From an uncultured delta proteobacterium (GTDB taxonomy: Bacteria; Myxococcota_A; Polyangia; Fen-1088), in assembly GCA_963767925.1 (NCBI GenBank), contig CAVYGB010000010.1, forward strand, positions 1,344,001-1,408,000: DNA of 64,000 nt. The letters are read 5' to 3'. This document shows, in pieces, positions 1 through 9,404 of this stretch (within the stretch, counting starts at the first letter, position 1; each line of letters opens with the position of its first letter). A program made the translations under genes and the position numbers. Under the pieces are notes generated by a model that saw only the letters and a program-made list of their open reading frames with translations, had not been told where the DNA came from and ran no database searches.

Positions 1-476
1 GCGGTCAGGCGGCTGCCCTTGGGGGGCATGTCGCCCACCACCGCGATGCGGTCGATGAGCCGGGAGGCCGCCGCATCGCCGGGGACGATGATGTCCGACT
101 CGATCATTCGCGACACGTCGAGGACCGAGCCCCAGCCCGCGGGGTCGGCCTGGCCGTAGGTGTGACAACCGGCGCAGCGGCCGGCCAGCACGGCGAAGGC
201 CTCCTCGGTCATGTCGGTGGGAACCGGGCCGGACGACGAGGGCGGCGGGGGCGGCGGCATCGTGACGGGCGGCGGAGGCGGCGTCGGGGTGGGCGTCACG
301 GGAGGCGCAGGCACCGGCGGCGGCGGCATTGGCACCGTGGGTGGCGGGACCATCGGATCAGGCTCATTGTTACCGGATCGCTCGGTGACGACGCCGTCTG
401 CTTGGCAGCCCGCGAGGATGCCCGCGGCGGCCGTGATGAGGATAGACGTACGGATACTGGCTGCTCGCCGTTGCAT
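1..476 (-). CDS. c-type cytochrome lipoprotein (planctomycete cytochrome C-like domain), runs off the window's left edge
   Basis: Absent from the ORF track. Manual minus-strand translation from ATG 476: MQRRAASIRTSILITAAAGILAGC (lipobox), Pro-rich linker, then EEAFAVLAGRCAGCHTYG (CxxCH) and IIVPGDAAASRLIDRI...DMPPKGSRLT. Confidence 0.8.
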   Translation of the reverse strand, partial: MQRRAASIRTSILITAAAGILAGCQADGVVTERSGNNEPDPMVPPPTVPMPPPPVPAPPVTPTPTPPPPPVTMPPPPPPSSSGPVPTDMTEEAFAVLAGRCAGCHTYGQADPAGWGSVLDVSRMIESDIIVPGDAAASRLIDRIAVVGDMPPKGSRLT

Positions 477-637
477 GAAGTACCTCCCCGGCGCCGAGCC
501 GCCGCGACCATCGCGAGCCCTGCCCGACTTCCGTGTGTGTTGGAAATAGTTCCGCAACAGGTGCAATCGTTTCAGCGGGAGCGAAAAAAGTTCTCGGGCG
601 GATCGGTAAAGGTGGGTGAGGGTCGTAGACTCGGCCC

Positions 638-1438
638 ATGCCGCGCTTCTCCGCCAACCTGCATTTCCTGTTTCCCGAGCGCCCCTTCCTCGAGCGGTTC
701 GCCGCCGCCCGGGCCGCCGGATTCAGCGCGGTGGAGTTCCCCGATCCCTATTCGTATGAAGCGGAGGAGCTGCTGGCCCGGCTGCGCGACGAGCGGCTCG
801 AGTGCGCCCTGCTGAACCTCCCCATGGGTAACCGGGCCCAGGGGGAGATGGGCCTGGCCGCGCTGCCCGACCGGGTCGACGCCTTCCGCGCCGGCGTGGC
901 GGCCGGCATCGCGGTGGCCCGGCGGCTGGGCTGCCCGCGCCTCAACTGCCTGGCCGGCCGCCAGCCCCCCGGCGCCGACCCGGCCGCGCTGCGGGCCACC
1001 CTGGTCGAGAACCTGCGCTTCGCGGCCCGGGCCTTCGCCCAGGAGGGCCTCACCCTCTGCCTGGAGGCGATCAACACCGTCGACGTCCCCGGCTTCCTGC
1101 TCAGCGGGTCGCAGCAGGCGGTGGATCTGCTGGCCGAGGTGGGCGAGCCCAACGTGAAGGTGCAATACGACTGCTACCACATGCGGATGATGGGCGAGGA
1201 CCTGCTGCCCACCTTGACCCGCCTGCACCCCTTCATCGGCCACATCCAGATCGGCGACGTGCCCGGGCGGCACGAGCCCGGCACGGGCACCATCTCCTAC
1301 CCCCAGCTCTTCCGCCACCTCGACCAGCTCGGATACGCCGGCTGGGTGGGCGCCGAATACCACCCCTCGCGCCGGACCGAGGAGACGTTCGCCTGGAAAA
1401 CACCGGCGCCAGCCGGAGCGGGCTCGCGCGAAAGCTGA
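638..1438 (+). CDS. hyi: hydroxypyruvate isomerase family protein (xylose isomerase-like TIM barrel)
   Basis: Starts MPRFSANLHFLFPERPFLERFAAARAAGFSAVE; contains LEAIN, YDCYH, HIQIGDVPGRHEPGTG and GWVGAEY motifs. Confidence 0.9.
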   Translation: MPRFSANLHFLFPERPFLERFAAARAAGFSAVEFPDPYSYEAEELLARLRDERLECALLNLPMGNRAQGEMGLAALPDRVDAFRAGVAAGIAVARRLGCPRLNCLAGRQPPGADPAALRATLVENLRFAARAFAQEGLTLCLEAINTVDVPGFLLSGSQQAVDLLAEVGEPNVKVQYDCYHMRMMGEDLLPTLTRLHPFIGHIQIGDVPGRHEPGTGTISYPQLFRHLDQLGYAGWVGAEYHPSRRTEETFAWKTPAPAGAGSRES

Positions 1439-1579
1439 CCGGCGATCCGGTTGCACCGCCCGCGCGGGCTCGCCGTATCATCCGCGGCCATGCGCGCACC
1501 TGTCGCCCAGCTCGCGGCCGGCCTGGCCGGAGTGTTCGCGCCCTGCTGGCCTGCCCCGGAAAGCGTTAATCTCCGCCCC

Positions 1580-3004
1580 ATGCCGCGATCGACGAGGTTC
1601 CTCGGCCCCCTGCTGCTGCTCGCCCTGCCGCTCGGCTGCGCCTGGCTCCGGCCCGGCTCCACCAGCCCCATCTCGCCCCCCACCCCCCACCAGGCGGTGC
1701 CGCCCGGCCAGCCACCCTCCGAGGTGGAGGCGATGCTGGCCGAGATCGACCGCGCCCGCCTCCAGCGCACGGTGGAGACGCTCGCTGGCTTCGGCACGCG
1801 CCACACGCTCTCGGACACCACCTCCCCCACCCGGGGCATCGGCGCCGCCCGCACCTGGATCGAGGCCGAGCTGCGGCGCTACGCCAGCGAGCCCGGGGCC
1901 CGCAGCGAGCAGCCCCTGCTGGTCACCCGCGACAGCCACCGCCAGCCCCCCGCCCGGCGCGTCCCCCAGGAGACCGAGATCGTCAACGTGGTGGCCGAGC
2001 TACCCGGGTCGATGCCCGAGGCCCGCAACCGCCGCTACTACGTGATCGGGCACTACGACTCGCGCGCCACCGACGTGATGGACGCCCGGAGCGACGCCCC
2101 CGGGGCCAACGACGACGCCTCGGGCGTGGCGGTGGTGATGGAGCTGGCCCGGGTCATGGCCCGCCGGCGCTACGACGCCACCCTCGTCTTCATGGCCACC
2201 GCCGCCGAGGAGCAGGGCCTGTACGGGGCCCGCCTGCACGCCAACGCCGCCCGGGCCGCGGGCCACGATGTGCGCGCCGTGCTCAACAACGACATCGTGG
2301 GCGATCCCAGCTCCAGCCGCGGCGCCCCCTACAACCGCCAGATCCGGCTGTTCTCCGAGGGCCTGCCGGCCCAGGCCGAGCCGGAGGCGATCACCGAGCT
2401 GCGCAACCTGGGCGCGGAGAACGACTCGAGCTCACGCCAGCTCGCCCGGGCCATCGTCGAGGTGGCGGCCTGGCACGCCACCGACGTGCGGCCGCTGCTG
2501 GTGTACCGGCGCGACCGCTTCCTCCGCTCGGGCGATCACACCCCCTTCAACGAGCTCGGCGTCCCCGCCGTGCGCTTCACGGTCGTCGACGAGCACTACG
2601 ACCGCCAGCACCAGAACGTGCGCGTCGAGGGGGGCAAACAATACGGCGATTTGCCCCGCTTCGTCGACGAGAACTACCTGCAGGGGGTGGCCCGCCTCAA
2701 CGCCGCCGCCCTGGCCCACCTGGCCAACGCCCCCTCGGCCCCGCCCAGCCCCCGCATCGTCACGAGCGGCCTCAGCGAGCAGACGGCCCTGCAGTGGTCG
2801 CGCTCGCCCGAGCCCGACGTGGCGGGCTACGAGGTGGTCTGGCGCGAGACAACCAGCCCGGCCTGGCAATACACCCGCAACGTCGGCCCGGTCACCGAGA
2901 TCACCCTGGATCTGAACAAGGACAACTGGATCTTCGGCATCCGGGCCTACGACCGCCAGGGCTACCGCAGCCCCGTCGCCTTCCCCCGCCCCGGCGGTCC
3001 CTGA
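1580..3004 (+). CDS. M28 family metallopeptidase, probable lipoprotein, C-terminal FN3-like domain
   Basis: GHYDS, GANDDASG, AEEQGL, NNDIVG and GDH zinc-ligand motifs; N-terminal LLLLALPLGC; start ATG 1580 chosen. Confidence 0.88.
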   Translation: MPRSTRFLGPLLLLALPLGCAWLRPGSTSPISPPTPHQAVPPGQPPSEVEAMLAEIDRARLQRTVETLAGFGTRHTLSDTTSPTRGIGAARTWIEAELRRYASEPGARSEQPLLVTRDSHRQPPARRVPQETEIVNVVAELPGSMPEARNRRYYVIGHYDSRATDVMDARSDAPGANDDASGVAVVMELARVMARRRYDATLVFMATAAEEQGLYGARLHANAARAAGHDVRAVLNNDIVGDPSSSRGAPYNRQIRLFSEGLPAQAEPEAITELRNLGAENDSSSRQLARAIVEVAAWHATDVRPLLVYRRDRFLRSGDHTPFNELGVPAVRFTVVDEHYDRQHQNVRVEGGKQYGDLPRFVDENYLQGVARLNAAALAHLANAPSAPPSPRIVTSGLSEQTALQWSRSPEPDVAGYEVVWRETTSPAWQYTRNVGPVTEITLDLNKDNWIFGIRAYDRQGYRSPVAFPRPGGP

Positions 3005-3078
3005 CCCGCGCGACGGGTCAGCGGTCCCTCCGAACCCCACCCGACGCGCCGGCCAGCGGTCCCGTGTAGGATGCTCCG

Positions 3079-6000
3079 ATGCGCGCCCTCCGGGCCATCC
3101 TCCTGCTGACCGCCCTGGCCGCCTGCTCCCGGCGGCCCGAGGGCGAGCCCGAGCCCCCGACCGCCGAGCTGGTGATCGGGGGGCAGCCGCTGGTGCGGTC
3201 GGGCGCCATCTGGCGGTACCTCGATGACGGCAGCGATCCCGGTCCCACCTGGCTGTCGCCCGAGCTCGACGACCTGGCCTGGAAGATCGGCCCCGCCCCG
3301 CTGGGCTACGGCCTGGGCAACGAGGCCACCGTCGTCGGCTTCGGTCCCGACCCCGCCCGCAAGCACATCACCACCTATTTGCGGGGGGAGTTCCAGCTCG
3401 ACGATCCACTCACCATCGATCGCCTCCTGCTGCGCGTCGTCCACGACGACGGGGCGGCGGTCTACCTCAACGGGGTGGAGATCTACCGGGCCAACTTGCC
3501 GGCCGGACCGCTGCGCCCCGACACCCTCAGCGACGCGGCCGCCGATGGCGCCGAGGCCGTGGAGCGGGCCCTCGATCCCGCCTGGTTCCGGCCGTTGTTG
3601 CAGGCCGGCCGCAACATCGTCGCCGCCGAGGTCCACCAGTACGAGGGGACCAGCCCGGCGATGGTCTTCGACCTCGCCCTCACCGCCAACGCGCCGGTCA
3701 CCATCACCCGCGGCCCCTTCCTGCAGTCGGGCAGCCCCGGCGAGGCCATCTTGCGCTGGCGCACCAACCTGCCCTCCCGCAGCCGGGTGACCTACGGCGC
3801 CCTCGGCGCCGGCGGACCGATGGAGCTGACCGAGAGCGAGGTCGCCAGCACCGAGCACCTGGTCCGCCTCGGCGGGCTGCGGCCCGCCACCCGCTACGAC
3901 TACACCATCGGCACCCCCGACGGCGCGCTGGTGGGCGGCGACGGCGAGCACTTCTTCGTGACCCCGCCGCTGCCCGGCACGGTCAAGCCGACCCGCATCT
4001 GGGTCATCGGCGACTCGGGCACCGCCGACGCCAACGCGGCCGCGGTGTATCGGGCCTACCGCTCCTTCACCGGCCGCCGCCACACCGACGTCTGGCTCAT
4101 GCTGGGGGACAACGCCTACCTCGAGGGGACCGACGAGCAGTACCAGCGCGCGGTGTTCGACTTTTACCCCGAGATGCTGCGCCAGGTGTTCGTCTGGCCC
4201 GCCATCGGCAACCACGAGACCTATTTCGGCGGCGCCCCCCAGGCCAGCCCCTACCTCGACATCTTCACCCTGCCCACCCGGGCCGAGGTGGGCGGCCTCG
4301 CCTCGGGCGGCGAGCTCTATTACTCCTTCGACCACGGCAACATCCACTTCGTCGCCCTCGACTCGATGGTCTCTTCGCGCGCGCCCGGGGCTCCGATGTG
4401 GACCTGGCTGGAGGCGGACCTGGCGGCCAACGACAGGACCTGGCTGATCGCCTACTGGCACCACCCGCCCTACTCGAAGGGGAGCCACGACTCCGACAAC
4501 GCCGGCGGGTTCGACCGGCAGCTGGTCGAGATGCGCGAGCGCGCGCTGCCCCTCCTGGAGGCGCACGGGGTCGACCTGGTGCTGGGCGGCCACAGCCACA
4601 GCTACGAGCGGTCGTTCCTGCTGTCCGGGCACTACGGCCCCTCGACCAGCCTCGACGGCGCAATGAAGCGGGACCACGGCAGCGGCCAGCGGGACGGGAC
4701 GGGGGCCTACGCCAAGACCGCCCGCGCCACCGGCGGCAACGAGGGGACGGTCTACGTGGTGGCGGGCAGCGCCGGCCTCACCACCCCCCAGATCGGCCGC
4801 CACCCGGCGATGTACCTCAGCCTTGTCGAGCTGGGCTCGCTGGTGCTCGACGTGGAGGGGGACCACCTGTCGGCGTCGTTCCTGGGCCACGACGGCACCA
4901 TCCAGGACCAGTTCGCCATCGACAAGAACGTGCCCGAGGCCAGCGCCCCGCCGGGAGCGCCCAGTGACCTGCTGGCCTTCGCCGGACCCGGGCGCACCGC
5001 CGTGCTGATCTGGACCCACCGGGCGTCCGACGAGACCGGCTTCGTGATCGAGCGAGCCACCGGCGACGGGCGCTTCGCCCTCCACGCCGAGCTGGGGGCC
5101 AACGCCAGCCAGTTCTCCGACGGCGCCGTCCAGGTGGGCGAGCGCTACCGCTACCAGGTGCGAGCCAGCAACCCGGCCGGCGTCTCGCCCGCCTCGAACG
5201 TCGCCTCGATCCTGCTGCTCGAGCCGCCGCCCCCCGACGCGGCGGTGCCCGGCGAGGTGGATCCGACGATCGCGGTGCGCACCGGGGGCGGCGGGCTGCA
5301 CTGCCGGTTCGGCGGGGGCGACTCAGCGCCGGCGGGCGGCCGCCCGCTCTTCGCGGCCCTGACCATGCTGGCGGTCGCGGTCCTCCGGCGGCGGCGGCGG
5401 GCGGGCGCGCTGCCGGGCGCGCTGGCCATCCTGGTGGCGACCATCGCCCTCGGCACGGCGACCCGGGTCCGGGCGCACGGCTCGGAGGAGGAGCGGCTGG
5501 CGGCCCTGCAGGCCGCCGTGGCCGCCCACCCCGGCCGGGGCGGGCCCTACGTGCAGCGGGGCGAGTTCTTCCGGCAGATGGGCCGCCGCCAGGACGCGCT
5601 GGCCGACTTCGCCCGCGCCGCGCAGATCGAGCCCGCGCTGCCCGGCCTCGACCGGCTCAACGCGCGCGTGCTGCTCGATCTCGGCCGGACCGAAGAGGCG
5701 CGGACCCGGCTCGAGCGCGCCCTGACCACCAACCCCGACGACGGGGAGGCCTTGCGCCTGCGGGCCCGCCTGCTCATGGAGGGCGGCGATGCCAGCGGCG
5801 CGGTCCGCGACCTGGCCCACCTGCTGACCCTGCCCGGCGATCCCGCCAACTCCGAGGACCACCTGCACCACGCTCGCGCCCTGCGCGCCGCCCGCCAGCC
5901 CACCCGCGCCGCCCGCGCCCTCGAGCAGGCCACCTCACGTTACGGCCGCCTCGTCGTCCTCGAGCTGGAGGCGATCGATCTGGCGCTCGAGCGCCGCCGC

Positions 6001-6234
6001 TTCGACGAGGCCCTGGCCCGGGTCGACGCCTTCGCCGACACCGTCGCGCGCAAGGAGACCTGGCTGGCCCGCCGGGGCGCCATCCTGGTAGCCGCCGGCC
6101 GCCCCGCTGCGGCCCGCAGCGCGTACCAGGCGACGTTGGCGGCGATCGAGCGCTTGCCGCCGCGACTGCGGGGAACCGGCGCGATGCTGGCGCTCGTCGC
6201 CAGCACCCGCGAGGAGCTGGCGAAGCTCCACTGA
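3079..6234 (+). CDS. purple acid phosphatase-type metallophosphoesterase lipoprotein with FN3 domain, internal MYXO-CTERM-like anchor and C-terminal TPR region
   Basis: Lipobox LAAC; GDSG, LGDNAY, IGNHE, WHHPPY and GHSHSYER motifs; FN3 (YRYQVRASNPAG); GGGGLHC...hydrophobic...RRRRR; TPR-like helices after nt 5476. Confidence 0.85.
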   Translation: MRALRAILLLTALAACSRRPEGEPEPPTAELVIGGQPLVRSGAIWRYLDDGSDPGPTWLSPELDDLAWKIGPAPLGYGLGNEATVVGFGPDPARKHITTYLRGEFQLDDPLTIDRLLLRVVHDDGAAVYLNGVEIYRANLPAGPLRPDTLSDAAADGAEAVERALDPAWFRPLLQAGRNIVAAEVHQYEGTSPAMVFDLALTANAPVTITRGPFLQSGSPGEAILRWRTNLPSRSRVTYGALGAGGPMELTESEVASTEHLVRLGGLRPATRYDYTIGTPDGALVGGDGEHFFVTPPLPGTVKPTRIWVIGDSGTADANAAAVYRAYRSFTGRRHTDVWLMLGDNAYLEGTDEQYQRAVFDFYPEMLRQVFVWPAIGNHETYFGGAPQASPYLDIFTLPTRAEVGGLASGGELYYSFDHGNIHFVALDSMVSSRAPGAPMWTWLEADLAANDRTWLIAYWHHPPYSKGSHDSDNAGGFDRQLVEMRERALPLLEAHGVDLVLGGHSHSYERSFLLSGHYGPSTSLDGAMKRDHGSGQRDGTGAYAKTARATGGNEGTVYVVAGSAGLTTPQIGRHPAMYLSLVELGSLVLDVEGDHLSASFLGHDGTIQDQFAIDKNVPEASAPPGAPSDLLAFAGPGRTAVLIWTHRASDETGFVIERATGDGRFALHAELGANASQFSDGAVQVGERYRYQVRASNPAGVSPASNVASILLLEPPPPDAAVPGEVDPTIAVRTGGGGLHCRFGGGDSAPAGGRPLFAALTMLAVAVLRRRRRAGALPGALAILVATIALGTATRVRAHGSEEERLAALQAAVAAHPGRGGPYVQRGEFFRQMGRRQDALADFARAAQIEPALPGLDRLNARVLLDLGRTEEARTRLERALTTNPDDGEALRLRARLLMEGGDASGAVRDLAHLLTLPGDPANSEDHLHHARALRAARQPTRAARALEQATSRYGRLVVLELEAIDLALERRRFDEALARVDAFADTVARKETWLARRGAILVAAGRPAAARSAYQATLAAIERLPPRLRGTGAMLALVASTREELAKLH

Positions 6235-6246
6235 TCCGAAGCGAAG

Positions 6247-6459
6247 CCCCCTCACCCCTCCCCGCTGCCGCGGGACGAGGGCGAACGGGCAGCGGGGCGC
6301 GAAGATCTCGACCGGATCCACCGCGGGCGAGGGACGAACGGGCCGCGGAGCGAAGATCTCGGGCGAACGCCAGGGATCGCTCGCTCGGATGATGATGGGG
6401 GCACCTGGCGGATTGTTCGCCCTCGCCCCGCGGCAGCGGGGAGAGGGAGGGGTGAGGGG
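6247..6459. repeat. REP/MITE-like element with ~40-bp terminal inverted repeats between convergent genes
   Basis: CCCCTCACCCCTCCCCGCTGCCGCGGGACGAGGGCGAAC at 6248-6286 pairs with GTTCGCCCTCGCCCCGCGGCAGCGGGGAGAGGGAGGGGTGAGGGG at 6415-6459; internal duplicated GCGAAGATCTCG. Confidence 0.75.
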
Positions 6460-6469
6460 CCTCCGGGGC

Positions 6470-9301
6470 TCACAACTCGATCATCTCGACCGCGCCGGGG
6501 GCGAGCGGCACGACGAACGATCGCGCCGCTCCCTCGCTCACCGGGACGCTGCCGCCCGCGAGGTGCCGCCGAGCCTCGCGCTTGCCGGGGGGGAGGGCCA
6601 GGGCGGGGTCGAGGCGGATGGTGGCGTCGACCGGGCGCTCACCGGTGTTGCGCAGGGTGAAGAACAGCTCGCCCGGGCGGCCGTAGCGCTCGATGTGGAC
6701 GTTGCGATCGGAGCTGCGGGCCAGGGTCACCACCTCCCAGCCGGCCTTGCTGAGCTTGCGCACGAGCGGCACGTAGCGCTGGAACAGCGGCCGGTCCCGG
6801 TTGTACAGGGCGGGGTTCTCCCAGTACGGGTTGCTGGCCGCGTCGGCGCTGAAGAAGCTGGGGTAAAACGCGTAAAAAAGCGCGATCTGGAAGTAGCGCT
6901 CGACCCGGTTCTCCTTGCCCATCGCCTGGAAGTCGCTGTTTTGCAGGAGGCCGAAGGGGCGCTTTTGCGACAGCGTCCGCCGGTAGCTCATGGTGGCGTC
7001 GTCGTCGGGCACGAACTTGCCCTCCCGCAGCCAGTTGCTCTCCACGCCGAGGTAGTCGAACACGTCGGCGCCCCAGGGCAGCCCCTCGGGCACGGTGTTG
7101 CCCATCAGCAACCGGGCCATCCGCCCGTGCACGTCGCGCTCGAGCCACTGCAGAAAGGCCACCGTGGCGAACAGCGAGGGGATCCCGATGGCCCGTCCCT
7201 CGCCCATGAAGGTGGGGGGCTGCTTGCTGGCCGCCAGGTGGCTGCGCCGCTGGTCGAGCATGAGCCGGAAGGTGGAGGCCTGCACACCGTCGACGAACTC
7301 GCCGTCCAGCTCGGGAATCCGCTGGTGCAGGTTGCGAGCCTGGTCGTTCCAGTCGGCCTGGGCCTTGTTGGTGGGGTACTGCGGGTCGGCGATGTCGGGG
7401 TCGGCGCTCACCGGGAAGACCGCGCAGCCCGCGCTCCCCATGCACCAGGGGATCTCTCCCTTGGGCGCCCAGCGGTAGATGGGCTGGCCCTCCCCGTCGT
7501 GGAAGGCCGAGCTGAGGATGGCCTCGGCCTGCGCGCGCTGCACGGGGGTGCCACCCTGGTGCTGCGCCTGCAGGCGCGCCGCCACCCGCGCCGGGATCCC
7601 GGGGTCGAGCGGCGGGACCGAGGCCCCCTCGACCCCCAGCAGGTACGAGTCGGGGATCTGCAGGTAGCGAAAGGAGGCGATGCCCAGGGCCTCGTCGGTG
7701 GCGACCTCGTCGAGGTCGTGCAGCTCGTGCACCCCGAAGCCGAAGTCGGCGACCTTGTTGATCTTCGACTTGCTGGAGAAGGGCAGCCAGATCCCCTCCT
7801 GCTCGTCCCGCATCCGCCGGGTGAAGGCCTCGGCGAAGCGCTCGTAATACCCCTGGGCCGCCGCCCGGAAGCCCCAGGCCGGATCGAAGCGGAAGAGGGT
7901 GAAGTCGACCCAGGTCCGCCCGGGAAAGCGGGCCGTCTCCGGCGACAGGCCGAGGTCGAACGAGACGTGGAGCTGCCCGGTGACCGGGTTGGCGGCGAAG
8001 CGAAACACGCGCGGCTCGGTCAGCCCGTGGGCCAGCGCGATCCCGCCCGGGGCGCCCCAGGCGGCCGCCCAGGGATAACGGCTCAGCGACCCGGTCGCGC
8101 CGATGTCCCACTCCTGGCTCGTGTTCGATAGCTCGGACCGGCCGGCGATGGGCCGCTCGGCCCGGATGTGGTCACCCCAGACCCAGCCGGGCGAGCCGGC
8201 GATCCGCAGGGGCAAGGCGAAGGTGAGGGTGACGGCGCGGGGCTCCCCCCGCGTGTCGGCCAGCTCGGCGTGCACGTCGATGCGATCGGGGCGGGGGGTG
8301 TAGCGGGCGCTGAAGCGCAGCCCGAGATCCGCGAGGTCGCCGGTGTGCACCAGCCCGCTGCCCTCGGCGCGGAGCTGGCCGCCGGGGTGGACCCAGCCGC
8401 TGCGGGCGCGCACGTCGCGCACGAAGAAGCCGCCCAGGTGGGCCCCCGCCGGATCGGCCGCCTCCTGGCCGCCGAGGCCGAGCGAGGCGACCCCGCCCCC
8501 TTCGGTCAGCTTCACCACCAGCCCGTCGCCGCTGGCCAGGGTGCGGGCGTTCGCCGCTGGCGCGGGCAGCTTCGGCGCGGGGGCCGGCGCCGCCTCCTGG
8601 CCGTCGAACACGACCGCGGGCGGCGCGACCTCCCGCACCGAGACGTCGTCGAACCAGACCGTCCCGGTGTGCCGGTTGCGGAACAGGCAATGCACGAAGG
8701 CCCGCTGCACCGGCAGGGCCGGCGTCAGCACGCGCTGGCGGACCTCCCAGTCGTGGCTCCCCACCGCGAACGGCAGGACGTGGCCGTAAGAGGCGGTGCC
8801 GTCGGCGTGGTGCAGATCGATGTACAGGCTGTAGTCGGCGTCAGGCTCGCCGGTGACGTTCTCCGCCCGGCTCGCCGCCGCGATGACGATCGGACCCGGC
8901 TCGCGCTGGTCGAGCACGATGGCGGCGACCGCGCCGTGGGCCTTGCCCGGCGCCGGGCTGCCCAGCTTCAGCGCGCGCCCGCCAGCGCGCCCGCCGGTGC
9001 GATCGATCTGGTAGCCCTCGCCGAACGGCGACCAGCCCTCCGCCTCGCTGGGCGACCCCCGCTCGAAGCCGGAATTGGCGGCAGCGGCGGCGGCGGCGAC
9101 CTGACCGGCGCGCGGATCGTGAAAGACGGGCCAAACCGGCACCTCCCCGCCGGCGGGAGGCCCGCCCCCGGCGTCCCGCGCCGGGCGCGCCAGGCCACAT
9201 CCGAAGATCGAACCAGCCAGCAAGACATAGACAACGCCGTTCGGATGCAGTGGACCAGCGCGAAGGCGCCTGGCCCGGTCCCGGTGACTCGACTTGTTCA
9301 T
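6470..9301 (-). CDS. large exported protein with N-terminal carbohydrate-binding module (CBM4/9-like) and putative glycoside hydrolase region
   Basis: Lipobox-like LLAGSIFGC; ANSGFE...W...TGTVWFDDVSVRE is typical of CBM4/9 jelly-rolls; LDGEFVDG resembles a TIM-barrel GH segment. Start uncertain. Confidence 0.6.
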   Translation of the reverse strand: MNKSSHRDRARRLRAGPLHPNGVVYVLLAGSIFGCGLARPARDAGGGPPAGGEVPVWPVFHDPRAGQVAAAAAAANSGFERGSPSEAEGWSPFGEGYQIDRTGGRAGGRALKLGSPAPGKAHGAVAAIVLDQREPGPIVIAAASRAENVTGEPDADYSLYIDLHHADGTASYGHVLPFAVGSHDWEVRQRVLTPALPVQRAFVHCLFRNRHTGTVWFDDVSVREVAPPAVVFDGQEAAPAPAPKLPAPAANARTLASGDGLVVKLTEGGGVASLGLGGQEAADPAGAHLGGFFVRDVRARSGWVHPGGQLRAEGSGLVHTGDLADLGLRFSARYTPRPDRIDVHAELADTRGEPRAVTLTFALPLRIAGSPGWVWGDHIRAERPIAGRSELSNTSQEWDIGATGSLSRYPWAAAWGAPGGIALAHGLTEPRVFRFAANPVTGQLHVSFDLGLSPETARFPGRTWVDFTLFRFDPAWGFRAAAQGYYERFAEAFTRRMRDEQEGIWLPFSSKSKINKVADFGFGVHELHDLDEVATDEALGIASFRYLQIPDSYLLGVEGASVPPLDPGIPARVAARLQAQHQGGTPVQRAQAEAILSSAFHDGEGQPIYRWAPKGEIPWCMGSAGCAVFPVSADPDIADPQYPTNKAQADWNDQARNLHQRIPELDGEFVDGVQASTFRLMLDQRRSHLAASKQPPTFMGEGRAIGIPSLFATVAFLQWLERDVHGRMARLLMGNTVPEGLPWGADVFDYLGVESNWLREGKFVPDDDATMSYRRTLSQKRPFGLLQNSDFQAMGKENRVERYFQIALFYAFYPSFFSADAASNPYWENPALYNRDRPLFQRYVPLVRKLSKAGWEVVTLARSSDRNVHIERYGRPGELFFTLRNTGERPVDATIRLDPALALPPGKREARRHLAGGSVPVSEGAARSFVVPLAPGAVEMIEL

Positions 9302-9404
9302 GGGGTGAGAGGTGCAGCCCGCTGCGGCAGCCGCGCAAGCGGGAGCATACCCTTGCTTGCGTTTAAGGTAAGCTCCCGGGTGGACCCTGGGGAAGGCGAA
9401 CGCC

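Noticed and set aside
211..549. Gly-rich plus-strand ORF resembling a glycine-rich protein
   Set aside because: It is the antisense shadow of the Pro-rich linker of the minus-strand cytochrome lipoprotein.
6280..6365. Possible CRISPR-like repeat-spacer pattern
   Set aside because: Only two imperfect copies, no regular array and no cas genes in the window.
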